DNA from: Azolla caroliniana
Lineage: Eukaryota; Plantae; Polypodiophyta
Assembly: GCA_043228905.1 (NCBI GenBank)
Contig: JBHGNT010000018.1
Coordinates: 15,252,001 to 15,316,000, forward strand
DNA: 64,000 nucleotides
Direction: 5' to 3'
Each line of letters begins with the position of its first letter. Position 1 is the stretch's first letter. A program made the position numbers and the translations under genes. This document shows positions 36,237 through 47,618 of the stretch, in pieces. The notes beneath the pieces are model-generated. The model was not told the origin of the DNA. It worked only from the letters and a program-made list of their open reading frames with translations, and ran no database searches.

Positions 36237-38363
36237 ATGAGGGGGTCGGATCTCGCAGAGGCCATGGCTTCGGCCGTGGATCGGATTGTAAACGCGCGCG
36301 AGGGCACCGGTGCCCTCGACAGAGCTATTGAGGCGGTCGTCGGCACGATCGGCCGGTTCGATGGGAAGGATGCCACGAAGTATCTGGCGTCCTACGGTGC
36401 GGAAATGTTAATGCGGGACATTCCGGAAGACAGGCGTCTTGCCGGTTTTCCCCGAGTGGCGATGCCGAGCATCCATGCGGAGGTGCTCGAGGTGCGGGCG
36501 GAGAGCCGTACCTGGGAGGAGTTCGAAGGTCGGCTCCTGGAAAAATACGGACTGGACGACGCGCTCCGGCTTTCGAAGCGAAGCTTCATGGAGTGGGTGG
36601 AGTCTCCCGAGAAAGGAAGAAACGCGTCGGCACTCCTCCGGGAGTTCGAGGAGAACTTCGCGCGCCTTTCGGCGCTTGACAGGATGGTCCTGGATACAAG
36701 CCGGGTCCTGCTGTTCGTCAAATCGGTTGACGAGAGGGATCGGAGTCACGTGGGCGCCCTGCTAGAAACCGAAGACGGGCTGACAGCCGACTGGGCGGCG
36801 GTCAAGAGAGCCTGCGGCCGTTTCGACAAACGGCGAGAATGGGAGGATGACAGAGCAACCGGGTCGGGCTCAGTCGCGGCGAGGAAACTCGAGCCGGCGC
36901 AGCCGGTGCGAAGGGAAGAGACTCGGGAGTGGCTGGAATCCGGTTCAGCTACGACCGACGTGATCAGAGGCTCGACTGGTGGAGCTGCGTTGGAGGAACT
37001 GACGAGGGCGATAAAAGACCTCCAAATCGCACAAGCCCGCAGAGAAGGCGGAGGACCTGCTCGTGACCGACGGCCGGCGGCAGGGAACAGGTGCATGTGG
37101 TGCGACGGGGTCGGCCACATCCGAAAAGACTGCGGCGATTTCGCAGAGGCGCTGAGGAACCGGGTGGTGTACCTATGGGAAGGCCGGGTTCACGCCAACG
37201 ACACGAGAAGGGCCCTAAACCGAAACGACGGGCGAGGCGGAATGAAGAGGTTGATGGAAGAGGCGGCGGCCCGACATGCGGAAACCGTCCACTACTCGGC
37301 GTCGGCCGGTATTCGAGTCGGGGGCAACGAGGCCCGAAGAGGAAGCAAAGCCGGATTCTGGCCGACGGTGCTGGAAGGCCTTGCCGATACGAGGATGAAG
37401 AGGGAGGAATCGGACCGTGCGGAGAAACGGGTACGGGAGATGACCGGGTGGAGCGACCCGGTCGAGGAGAAGACGGGCTTCGTGGAAGCCGCTTGCCGGA
37501 ACTACGAGGCTCTGGTAGAAGAGAAGCGGGTGGGGAAACCCGGGACGACCGGGCCCTCACAACGATACGAGACCCGGTCCGGGCCACGACGGGACGAAGC
37601 CGGCGGGGCCGGTACGCAAGATAAACCCCAGAAGGGCGGGTACCGTCTGGGGACGGAGATAGAAAGAACCACGGACTTACGAAAGGTCCTGGAGGAACGG
37701 ATCCTCGACAGCAAGGTGGAGCTGTCGCTACGGGAGGTGCTCGGAATCGCGAAGAAAGAGTTCCACGACTCCATCGTGGACTTGGTCAAGCGGAAGAGGC
37801 TGTCGACGGAGGAGGAACCGGAAAGACCGGTAGAGGTGCGGACGGCGCACCTGGACGACATGGCGCTGGAAGACGAGTGGGCGGAGAGCCACTATTCGCG
37901 GCCACACTGGGCCCGAGCGACCACGGAAACCCCGGTAAAGATCGGCGATGTCCAGGAACCGGTAGTAGCTTTGGTGGACCACGGATCGGAAATCAACCTG
38001 ATGTCCATGGACTTCTATAAGAAGGGCAAATGGCCGATCAACACCAAGCACGGGTGGAAGATAAGGGCGGCGACGCGCGCCACCGAGGAACTTCACGGGG
38101 CCTGCCCGAATGTACGGGTCAAGATCGGCGATGTCGAGATAGACCAGCACTTCTTCGTGCAGGAGTCGTCATCGCACCCCGTCATACTGGGAGAGCCGTA
38201 CATCACGGCGGCTCGAATGGAGACCAAGGTGCTGGACAACGGTTCGGCCTATGCGCGGGTCAAGAGCCAGGACGGGCGCCATTCGGTCCAGTTTTTGACG
38301 GTTAGGCCGAACCACGAGCGTAACCGCGACTCCCTCGGTTCCGATAACCGAGAGGATTTTTAG
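36237..38363 (+). CDS. G5 ORF1: gag with CCHC zinc knuckle plus aspartic protease
   Basis: Open frame: CMWCDGVGHIRKDC and ALVDHGSEINLM...VILGEPY. Confidence 0.93.
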   Translation: MRGSDLAEAMASAVDRIVNAREGTGALDRAIEAVVGTIGRFDGKDATKYLASYGAEMLMRDIPEDRRLAGFPRVAMPSIHAEVLEVRAESRTWEEFEGRLLEKYGLDDALRLSKRSFMEWVESPEKGRNASALLREFEENFARLSALDRMVLDTSRVLLFVKSVDERDRSHVGALLETEDGLTADWAAVKRACGRFDKRREWEDDRATGSGSVAARKLEPAQPVRREETREWLESGSATTDVIRGSTGGAALEELTRAIKDLQIAQARREGGGPARDRRPAAGNRCMWCDGVGHIRKDCGDFAEALRNRVVYLWEGRVHANDTRRALNRNDGRGGMKRLMEEAAARHAETVHYSASAGIRVGGNEARRGSKAGFWPTVLEGLADTRMKREESDRAEKRVREMTGWSDPVEEKTGFVEAACRNYEALVEEKRVGKPGTTGPSQRYETRSGPRRDEAGGAGTQDKPQKGGYRLGTEIERTTDLRKVLEERILDSKVELSLREVLGIAKKEFHDSIVDLVKRKRLSTEEEPERPVEVRTAHLDDMALEDEWAESHYSRPHWARATTETPVKIGDVQEPVVALVDHGSEINLMSMDFYKKGKWPINTKHGWKIRAATRATEELHGACPNVRVKIGDVEIDQHFFVQESSSHPVILGEPYITAARMETKVLDNGSAYARVKSQDGRHSVQFLTVRPNHERNRDSLGSDNREDF

Positions 38364-41300
38364 AGAGGGCTGCCAAGGCGTGGGGCCGCGACAGTCCGGA
38401 CACCCCGGGAAACCCCCACACCTGTACGATAAAACCGAAGGAACCTTGTACCATAGGTAGGGGATTTTTGTTCTCCGACAGCGGAGCGTGTACGATAGTC
38501 GGCATCGGCGGCCGAGAGAAGACAAAGGCGGAGGGGAGACTTCGAGCGTGCGGAGTTCTCGGCCCTGACGAGGAAATCAACGGAGCCGTGGAGGCGGTCT
38601 CATTCGACGACACCTTGGGAATGCTGGGAAAGGTAGTCGAAGAAGGCCTTAACGAAGACCGGACGATACCGGTGTGTTCCGAGGAGATGTACGAAGTCAT
38701 CGCGGACTTCGGTCGAGGGCTCGAGTCAGTTCGGACGGCCCGCGTAAGCACCAAGTACAAGACTGTGGACCGGAAGGTAAGGCCAGTCGCGGCACCCTTA
38801 CCGGAGGACAGCGCGTCGAGAATCAAAGGGGTTGCATCGGACCCTAGTCTACGAGATCCGGCCTGCATAGGGCACACCTTCACCGACGAGACGCTCCGAG
38901 AGCTCAAAATCGGTGGGGGCGGGTTCCTACTGCCGGCGGAGGAAGACCGGTTTCGGAGACTGCTCGGAAGGCACGGGAAAGCCTTCGCATTCTCGCCGGA
39001 GGAAATCGGGTGCGTTGACCCGACGATCGTGGAGCCGATGGTGATATTCACGGTACCGCATGTACCATGGAACCTCAAGCCAATCCCGGTTCCGAGAGCT
39101 CACATCCCGAAGTTGATGGAGCTGCTGAGGCAGAAAGTTGATATGGGAATTCTCGAGCCGTCGAGCGCCCCATATTCGAATCGATGGTTTACCGTACCGA
39201 AGAAAAACGGTTCGTTGCGCTTCATCCAGGACCTGCAGCCGGTCAATCGAGTGACCATTCGGAACGCAGGGATCGGACCGACCGTAGACGAGTTCGCGGA
39301 GGCCTTCGCCGGAAGGTCAATTTACTCGGTCGGGGATCTATACTCAGGGTACGACCAGTTCCAGCTAGCCGTGGAGAGCAGAGACATTACGACGATGCGA
39401 ACTCCCCTCGGCCTAGTTCGGATGTGTACACTGCCGCAAGGAGGGACCAACTCGGTGGCCCACATGGTGAATGCGATGAACAAGGTTCTGAGGGACTGTA
39501 TCCCGGACATCACCATGCCGTTTCTGGACGACATCCCGATCAAGGGATGCCCGGTAGAAGAGAAGGACGAGACGATCGGGCCGGACGGATGCCGGCGATT
39601 CGTGGCGACGCACATCGACGACTGCGAGAAGGTGCTGCGAAGGCTAGAGGATGCGAGACTCACCTTCTCCGGGGAGAAGTCGGCCTTCGGGCAGTCAGAA
39701 ATCATGGTGGTCGGACACCTGTGCGGACCGTATGGCCGGAAACCGTCTCCGGCAAAGGTAGAAGCCATCTCCGCGATGAAGCCCGACTGCAGCTCGGTCA
39801 CGGAAGTACGGAGATTCCTGGGGGCATGCGCGTTCTACCACATATGGATCCCGCATTACGCACACGTCGCGGAGCCACTGTAGGGGTTGCTGAAAAAGGG
39901 GCGAAGGTTCGAATGGCTAGACGAGCACGCGGAATCGGTCCGGAAGCTGAAAGAGGCCCTTGCAGCGGCACCGGCACTCCGGAAGGCGGTATACGGGAAG
40001 GGTACCCCGGTATTCATAACGGTGGATACCAGTCCGACCGGGATCGGATGGGTCGTGAACCAGGAAGACGAGGACGGCAATCGGTTTCCGATCCGATTCG
40101 GCGCGAAAGTCCTCAGTGAACGGCAGCGAGGATACGCCCAGGTTAAACGCGAACTCTGGGGTATTGTTTCGGCGGTTAAGGCCGACAAAGACTACCTGAT
40201 AGGGACAGAAGTGATCATCGAGACGGATTGCCTGCCGATTCTCGGTATGGTTTCCGGATGCGCGACTCCGGACCTGGCGATGCTCAGGTGGATAGCGTAC
40301 ATCAAGTCCCTGGACCCGGAAATACGACACATTTCCGGGAAAGACAACGCCATGGCCGACATGCTTTCGAGGGCGAGGTTCGACGACGAGGGCGGCATGG
40401 TTTCGGAAGACGAAGAAGTCGGCGTGGATTTCTTCGAGGCGGCACACATAACGACCGACGGAATGAGCACTCCGGCGCTTAACGAGTTCGACGCGAGCAA
40501 GTACGACGGGGAGTGGCTGCAGATCGGCGGGTTTTTGAAGACAATGACGCCTGATGCGTCATGGACGAAGGACGAGGCCAACCGGATCCGGAAGAAAGCA
40601 TATCGATTCTTTCTCCGGGATGGCTACCTATGGAAGCACCCGAAGAAGAGGGACGGCGCTCCGCTCCGGGTGGTGGCGATGAAGGAAGAACAGGAGGAGC
40701 TGCTGACGGCCTACCACGACAGCCCTTGGGCTGGACACCGTGGAACGTGGGCGACATTTGAGAAGCTGAAGGGGAAGTACTGGTGGCCGGGATTGTACCG
40801 GGACGTGCATCGGTTCGTGTCGACTTGCGAGAGTTGTCAGATGCACTCGATAGTCCGACACCGGGATGGGCTTCGCCCTACGTACCCTCCGACTATCCAC
40901 TTCAAATGGATGGTAGATCTAGTGACGATGCCGATGGGGGTAGGACAGATGCGGTATCTGGTCCTAGCGCGGGAAGACCTGACGAACCAGGTGGAAGGCC
41001 GAGCCCTTCAGAACAAGACGACCGCGGCCGTGTGTCGGTTCCTGATCGAGGACGTGATATGCCGGTACGGGTGCGTCGGGAAGATCGTGGCTGACCGGGG
41101 GGAGTTGGACGCCGAGGAGGCCGCGGAGCTGTTCGATCGGCTGGGAGTCAAACTCTCGCTCACCACTGCGTACAACCCGGAGGCGAATGGAAAGGTGGAG
41201 CGCGGACACGGGCCGATCGTTAAAGCGCTGGTTCGGGCATGCGGGGGCCAAGTCGGTAACTGGCCGCGACTTCTACCTTATGCTTTGTGGGCCGACCGGA

Positions 41301-41851
41301 CTACGCACAGTTCGGTAACCGGGTACATGCCGACAGAGCTCATGTTCGGCCAGAAGCCGATCATGCCGGTGGAACAAACAATCTCCTCATGGGCGACGGT
41401 CGACTGGAGGGACGAGATGAGCCGGGAGGACTTGTTGGCAGCGCGTATACGACAACTCGAACGGAGACCGGAGGACGTGGAGACGGCTGCAGAAAGGATC
41501 CGAGTGGCGAGGATAAAGAACAAGGCCAGGTTCGACCGAACGCACCGACTCCGACCGAAGAAGATCGAACAAGGTGACTGGGTGCTCGTCTACGACAGCA
41601 GCCTCGACAACCAGCACCGATCAACGCGGAAGTTCGCACGGAGATGGTTCGGGCCGTACACGGTACAGAGCGCCAACGACAACGGGACGTATCATCTGGC
41701 GGAGCTCGACGGTACGAGAATAGCGATACCCGTGGCCGGGAAGAGGATCAAAGCTTTCAAGAAGCGGCACGACGACGAACCCGACCCGATTCTCCTGGAC
41801 AGCAGCGACGACCGATCCGAGGCCGAGGAAGGGCCGGCAGGCGAAGAGTAA
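38354..41851 (+). CDS. G5 ORF2 (-1 frame): RT, RNase H and integrase; one internal TAG at 39881-39883
   Basis: LPQG...FLDD; DTSPTGIG...ETDC; H-H-C-C zinc finger; D,D,E residues in WMVD / IVADRG / KVER; WFGPY. No chromodomain. Confidence 0.93.
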
Positions 41852-44800
41852 AGGCGGGCCGGTTTTCTCCGTGCCAACTTATTTTGGCGCATGCCGGTGG
41901 ATGCGCGGTTAGGTGGGGGCGGATGTCGTGAAGAAAACCGCCCACAAGAGGAATCGGAGGAACAAGGCGTGGGAAACGGCTCTACGCACACACGCGCCCC
42001 AAGAAGTACCTAAGGACGAAGTAGGTACATACGAGGATCCTAGGTGGGTAGATTCGGTTGGTATGCAGTTAATGCCAAACGGCCTCTTGACGGGCTATAA
42101 AAGGGAAGAGGAAGAATAGAAGTGGGGATCTCGCGCGGAGAGGACGAAGTGCTGCCGAACCGATTTCGGAGCTTCTCTCTCACTCCTGCTTTCTCTGTCT
42201 TCTGCTCCATCGCGTACCAGTGCAGGTTTCGAGGAGGCTTGCGCTGTTCCGTGGAACGCCCCGAGTGCGTCCTGCAGCACCTCCGACCTGTTTTCCCTTC
42301 CTGTGCGTCGCGACATACAGGGGTCGGCATCTGTTCGCCGCCCTGTTCGTTTTCGTTAGTATCTATTTCGTGCCCCACCGTGGGTTGTAATACTTTAGTC
42401 TGTTATTTTCTTGCATTCATAAGTACATATCTTTCGTTGTTGCGTCCATCTGCGTCGGCGTTTATTTGTGATCTCTGTTTGTTGGGCCGTGTCCCTGTGC
42501 AATCGTCGGTTCTGCGCAATCGGATCTTCGGTTCTGTGTAATCGGGTCTCTCTCTCTTACTCCTCTCTCTCTTGCTCTTCGGTTCAAGACCCCCGTGGTC
42601 CCTCCTCCTTTCTACACGCAAGGGCGTAGTAACCCCGACAACGTGCGAGGAGGAATGAAAAGTCTGATGGAAGAGGCGGCAGCCCGGCACGCGGAGACCG
42701 TCCACTACTCAGCGTCAGCCGGTATTCGGGTCGGAGGCAGCGAGGCCCGGAAGGAGAGCAAAGACGAGTTTTGGCCGACGGTGCTGGAAGGCCTCGCCGG
42801 TGCCCGACTAAAGAGAGACGAGGCGGACCGCGCGGAGAAGCGGGTCCAGGAGGTAACCGGGTGGAGTGACCCGGTCGAAGAAAAGACGGGTTTCGTCGAA
42901 GCAGCTTGCCAGAACTACAAGGCTTTGGTTGAAGACAAACGGGTAGGTAAACCGGAGGCAGAACCGGAAAGGCCGGTGGAGGTGTTCACAACGCAAATAG
43001 AGGACATGGCGCTGGAAGACGAGTGGGCGGAGAGCCACTATTCGAGGCCACACTGGGCCCAAGCGACCACGGAAACCCCGGTGAGGATTGGAGATGTGCA
43101 GGAACCGGTGGTGGCACTGGTGGACCACGGTTCGGAAATAAACCTGATGTCCATGGACTTCTACAAGAAGGGGAAATGGCCGATCAACATTAAACACGGG
43201 TGGAAGATACGGGCGGTGACGCGCGCCACTGACGAACTACACGGGGCCTGCCCAAACGTGCGAGTCAAGATCGGCGACGTCGAGATAGACCAACACTTCT
43301 TTGTGCAGGAGACGTCCTCGCACCCGGTCATACTGACAGAACCGTACATTACGGCAGTGCGAATGGAGACCAAGGTGCTGGACAACGGGTCGGCTTACGC
43401 GAGGGTCAAGAGTCAGGACGGGCGTCATTCGGTCCAGTTCCTGACGGTGCGACCGAACCACGATTGAAACCGCGAGTCCCTCGGTGGCAAGAACCGAGAG
43501 GATTTTTAGAGAGGGCTGCCAAGGCATGGGGCCGCGACAGTCCGGACACTCGGGGAAACCCCCACAAATGTACGATAGAAGCAAAACCGAAGAAACCTTG
43601 TACCATAAGTAGGAAGTTTTGTTTCTCCGACAACGGAGGGTGTACGATAGTCGGCGTCGTAGGCCGAGAAAAGACAAGGGCGGAAGAGTGACTTCGGGCG
43701 TGCGGAGTTCTCGGGCCCAACGAGGAAATCAACGGAGCCGTGGAGGCGGTCTCCTTCGACGATACCTTGGGAATATTGCGAGAGGTGGTCGGAGAGGGCC
43801 TTAAAGAGGACCAGACGATACCGGTTTGTTCAGAAGAGATGTACGAAGTCATCGCGGACTTCGGTCGAGGGCTCGAGTCGGATCGGACGGCCCGGGTTAA
43901 CACAAATTACAAGACTGTGGACCGGAAGGGAAGGCCAGTCGCGGCACTCTTACCGGAGGGCAGCGAGTTGTGAATCAAGGGGGTTGCGTCGGACCCCAGT
44001 TTACGAGATCCGGCCTGCATAGGGCATGCCTTCACCGACAGAACGCTACGGGAGCTCAAAATCGGTGGGGGCGGGTTCCTACTGCAGGCGGAAGAAGACC
44101 GGTTTCGGAGAATGCTCGGAAGGCACGGGAAAGCCTTCGCATTCTCACCGGAAGAGATCGGGTGCGTAGACCCAACAGTCGTGAAGCCGATGGTGATATT
44201 CACGGTACCGCATGTGCCGTGGAATCTCAAGCCAATTTCGGTACCGAGAGCTCACATCCCAGAGCTGATGGAGCTATTGAGGCAGAAAGTCGATATGGGC
44301 AACCTCGAACTGTCGAGTGCCCTGTACTCGAACCGGTTGTTTACCGTACCGAAGAAGAACGGGACGTTGCGCTTCATTCAAGCCCTGCAACCGGTCAACA
44401 TAGTGACCATTCGGAACGCAGGAATCGGACCAACGATAGACGAGTTCGCGGAGGCCTTCACCGGAAGGTCAATCTACTCGGTCAGTGATCTGTACCCGAG
44501 GTACGATCAGTTCCAACTAGCTGTAGAGAGCAGAGACATTACGACGATGTGGACTCCTCTCGGCCTAGTGTGGATGTGTACCCTGCCACAAGGAGGGATG
44601 AACTCGGTGGCCCACATGGTGAATGCGATGAACAAGGTGCTGAGGGACTGTATCCCGGACATCACCATGCCATTTTTGGACGACATCCCGATCAAGGGAT
44701 GTCCGCTGGAGGAAAGGGACGAAACAATCGGACCGGACGGATGCCGGAGATTCGTGGCGACACACATTGACGACTGCGAGAGGGTGTTGCAGAGGCTAGA

Positions 44801-47618
44801 GGACGCAAGGCTCACCTTCTCCGAAGAGAAATCGTCCTTCGGGCAATCAGAGATCATGGTCGTCGGACATCTATGCGGACCATATGGCCGGAAACCGTCT
44901 CCGGCTAAGGTGGAAGCCATCTCCGCAATGAAGCCCGACTGTAACTCGGTCACGAAGGTACGCAGGTTCTTCGGAGCATGCGCGTTCTACCACATATGGA
45001 TCCCGCATTATGCCCACGTTGCCGAGCCGCTATATGGGTTGCTGAAAAAGGGGCAAAAATTCGAGTGGCGAGTCGAGCATACGGAGTCGGTCCGAAAAAT
45101 GAAGGAGGCTCTTGCTGCAGCTCCGGCGCTCCGGAAGGCTGTCTACAACAAAGGCACCCCCATCTACATAACGGTAGATACAAGTCCGACCGGGATCGGA
45201 TGGGTCGTCAACCAAGAAGATGAGGACAGTATTCGGTTCCCAATCCGGTTCGGCGCGAAGGTCCTCAGCGAGCGACAGCGAGGATACGCCCAGGTTAAAC
45301 GCGAACTCTAGGGGTATCGTTTCGACGGTAAAGGCCGATAAAGACTATCTGATCAGGACAGAGGTGATTATCGAGACGGACTGCCTGCCGATTCTCGGCA
45401 TGGTTTCCGGATGCGCAACCCCGGACCTACCAATGCTCAGGTGGATAGCGTACATCAAGTCCCTGGATCCGGAAATACGACACATTTCCGGGAAAGACAA
45501 TGCCATGGCCGACATGCTTTCGAGGGCGCGATTCAACGACGAGGGCGACATGGTTTCGGAGGACGAGGAAGTCAGCGTGGACTTCTTCGAGGCGCCTTAC
45601 GTAACAACCGAAGGGGGGAGTACTCCGGCGCTTAACGATTTCAACGAGAGCAAGTACGACGAGGAGTGGCTGCAGATTGGGGGATTCTTGAGGACGATGA
45701 CGCCGGACGTGTCATGGACAAAGGACGAGGCCAACCGTATTCGGAAGAAAGCATACCGATTCTTTCTCCGGGACGGATACTTGTGGAAGCACCCGAAGAA
45801 GAGAAACGGCATCCCGCTCCGAGTAGTGGCGATGGAGGAGGAACAGGAGGAGTTGCTGAAGGCCTACCACGACAGCCCCTGGGCTGGACACCGTGGGACG
45901 TGGGCCACGTTCGAGAAACTAAAGGGGAAGTACTGGTGGTCGGGACTGTACCGGGACGTACATCGGTTCGTGACAACTTGTGAGAGCTGTCAGATGCACT
46001 CCATAGTCCGACACCGGGACGAGCTTCACCCTACATACCCTCCGGCCATCCAATTCAAATGGATGGTAGATTTGGTGACAATGCCGATGGGCGTAGGGCA
46101 GATGCGATATCTGGTGCTGGCCCGGGAGGACCTGACGAACCAGGTGGAAGGCCAAGCCCTGCAGAACAAAACGACCACGACCGTGTGTCGGTTCCTGATC
46201 GAGGACGTGATATGCCGGTACGGGTGCGTCGGAAAAATCGTGGCTGACTGCAGGGAGTTGGATGCCGAAGAGGCCAAGGAGCTGTTCGACCGGTTAGGGG
46301 TCAAGCTCTCACTCACCACAGCGTACAATCTGGAGGCGAACGGGAAGGTGGAGCGCGGGCACGGACCGATTGTCAAAGCGCTAGTCCGGGCGTGCGGAGG
46401 ACAGGTCAGGAACTGGCCACGACTGCTACCCTATGCCTTGTGGGCGGACCAGACAACGCACAATTCGGTAACCGGGTTCATGCCGTCAGAGCTCATGTTC
46501 GGACAGAAGCCGATCATGCCGATGGAATGGACGATCTCCTCTTGGGCGACAGTAGACTGGAGAGACGAGATGAGTCGGGAAGAACTGCTAGCGGCGCGTA
46601 TACGGCAGCTCGAGCGGAGGCCAGAGGACGTGGAATGAGCAGCGGAGAGACTTCGGACGGCGAGGATGAAGAACAAAGCCCGGTTCGACCGAACGCACCG
46701 GCTCAGACCAAAGAAAATCGAGGAAGGCGACTGGGTGCTAGTCTACGACAACAGCCTCGACAACCAGCACCGAGCAACACGGAAGTTTGCATAGCAGTGG
46801 TTCGGGCCTTACGTGGTAACGAGCGCCAACGACAACGGGACGTATCACCTGGCGGAACTCGACGGTATGAGGATGGTGATACCGATAGCGGGGAAGCGGA
46901 TAAAAGCGTTCAAGAAGCGCCACGACGGCGAACCGGATCTAAGAGGCCTGGACAACGACGATGATCAGTCCGAGACGGAGGACGAACCGATGGACGAGGA
47001 ACCGGAACCCGGACCGGTTTTCTCCAACCAGAACCCAATTTTGGCGCATACCGGTGGATGCGCGGTTAGGTGGGGGCGGATGTCGTGAAGAAAACCGTCC
47101 CTTGGCGCAATCGGTGCATAGCGCGCGTGAACCGGCTCTTCACGTGTGCACACCCTTAATGTATATAATAGGGAATTAAGTACATAGGCATATCCGGGGT
47201 AGTTAGATTCGGTAGGTAGGAAGTAAATGGGGGAGACGGCTCACTTCCTGAAGCTATAAAAGAGAGGGAGACGCAGGGGAGAGGGATCGCGCATTGAGGA
47301 GGACGAAGTGCTGTCGGACCGTAACCGAACGCTTCTCCTCTGTCTGTTCTCTATTGCTTCTCTGCAGATTTCGGGAGGCTCGCGCTGCTTCGAGGAACGC
47401 CCGTGTGCTTTCGGCAGCACCTCCATCCTATCCCCTTTACGTGCGCAGACGATCAGGCATCGGCATCTGTTCGCTGGCCTGTTAGGTTGTAACCGCTCGC
47501 GTGCTCTGTTGTGTACTTGTTATTCGTTAATATACAAACACTTGTGTCTCCCTATCTCTGTGTCCATTCGCGTCTTTTGTGTTGACAGGCCGTGCCCCTC
47601 TGTTTCTTTGCTCATACG

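Larger units (their letters stand above)
35477..42640 (+). mobile_element. Near-intact, very recent Ty3/gypsy element G5 (non-chromovirus, Phygy/Selgy-like by inference); TSD ACGT
   Basis: 717-bp LTRs 35477-36193 and 41924-42640 with no difference seen; Trp-PBS; PPT AGGTGGGGGCGGA; ACGT at 35473-35476 and 42641-42644. Confidence 0.97.

Noticed and set aside
39184-40119. Long alternative-frame and antisense ORFs in the GC-rich elements (for example 311 aa here and 258 aa at 38302-39078)
   Set aside because: Shadow ORFs expected from high GC3; no recognisable motifs, and they are broken in sibling copies.
35477-42640. Identical 717-bp repeats as an assembly artefact
   Set aside because: TG..CA ends, PBS, PPT and a TSD that restores the host gag show a real recent insertion.
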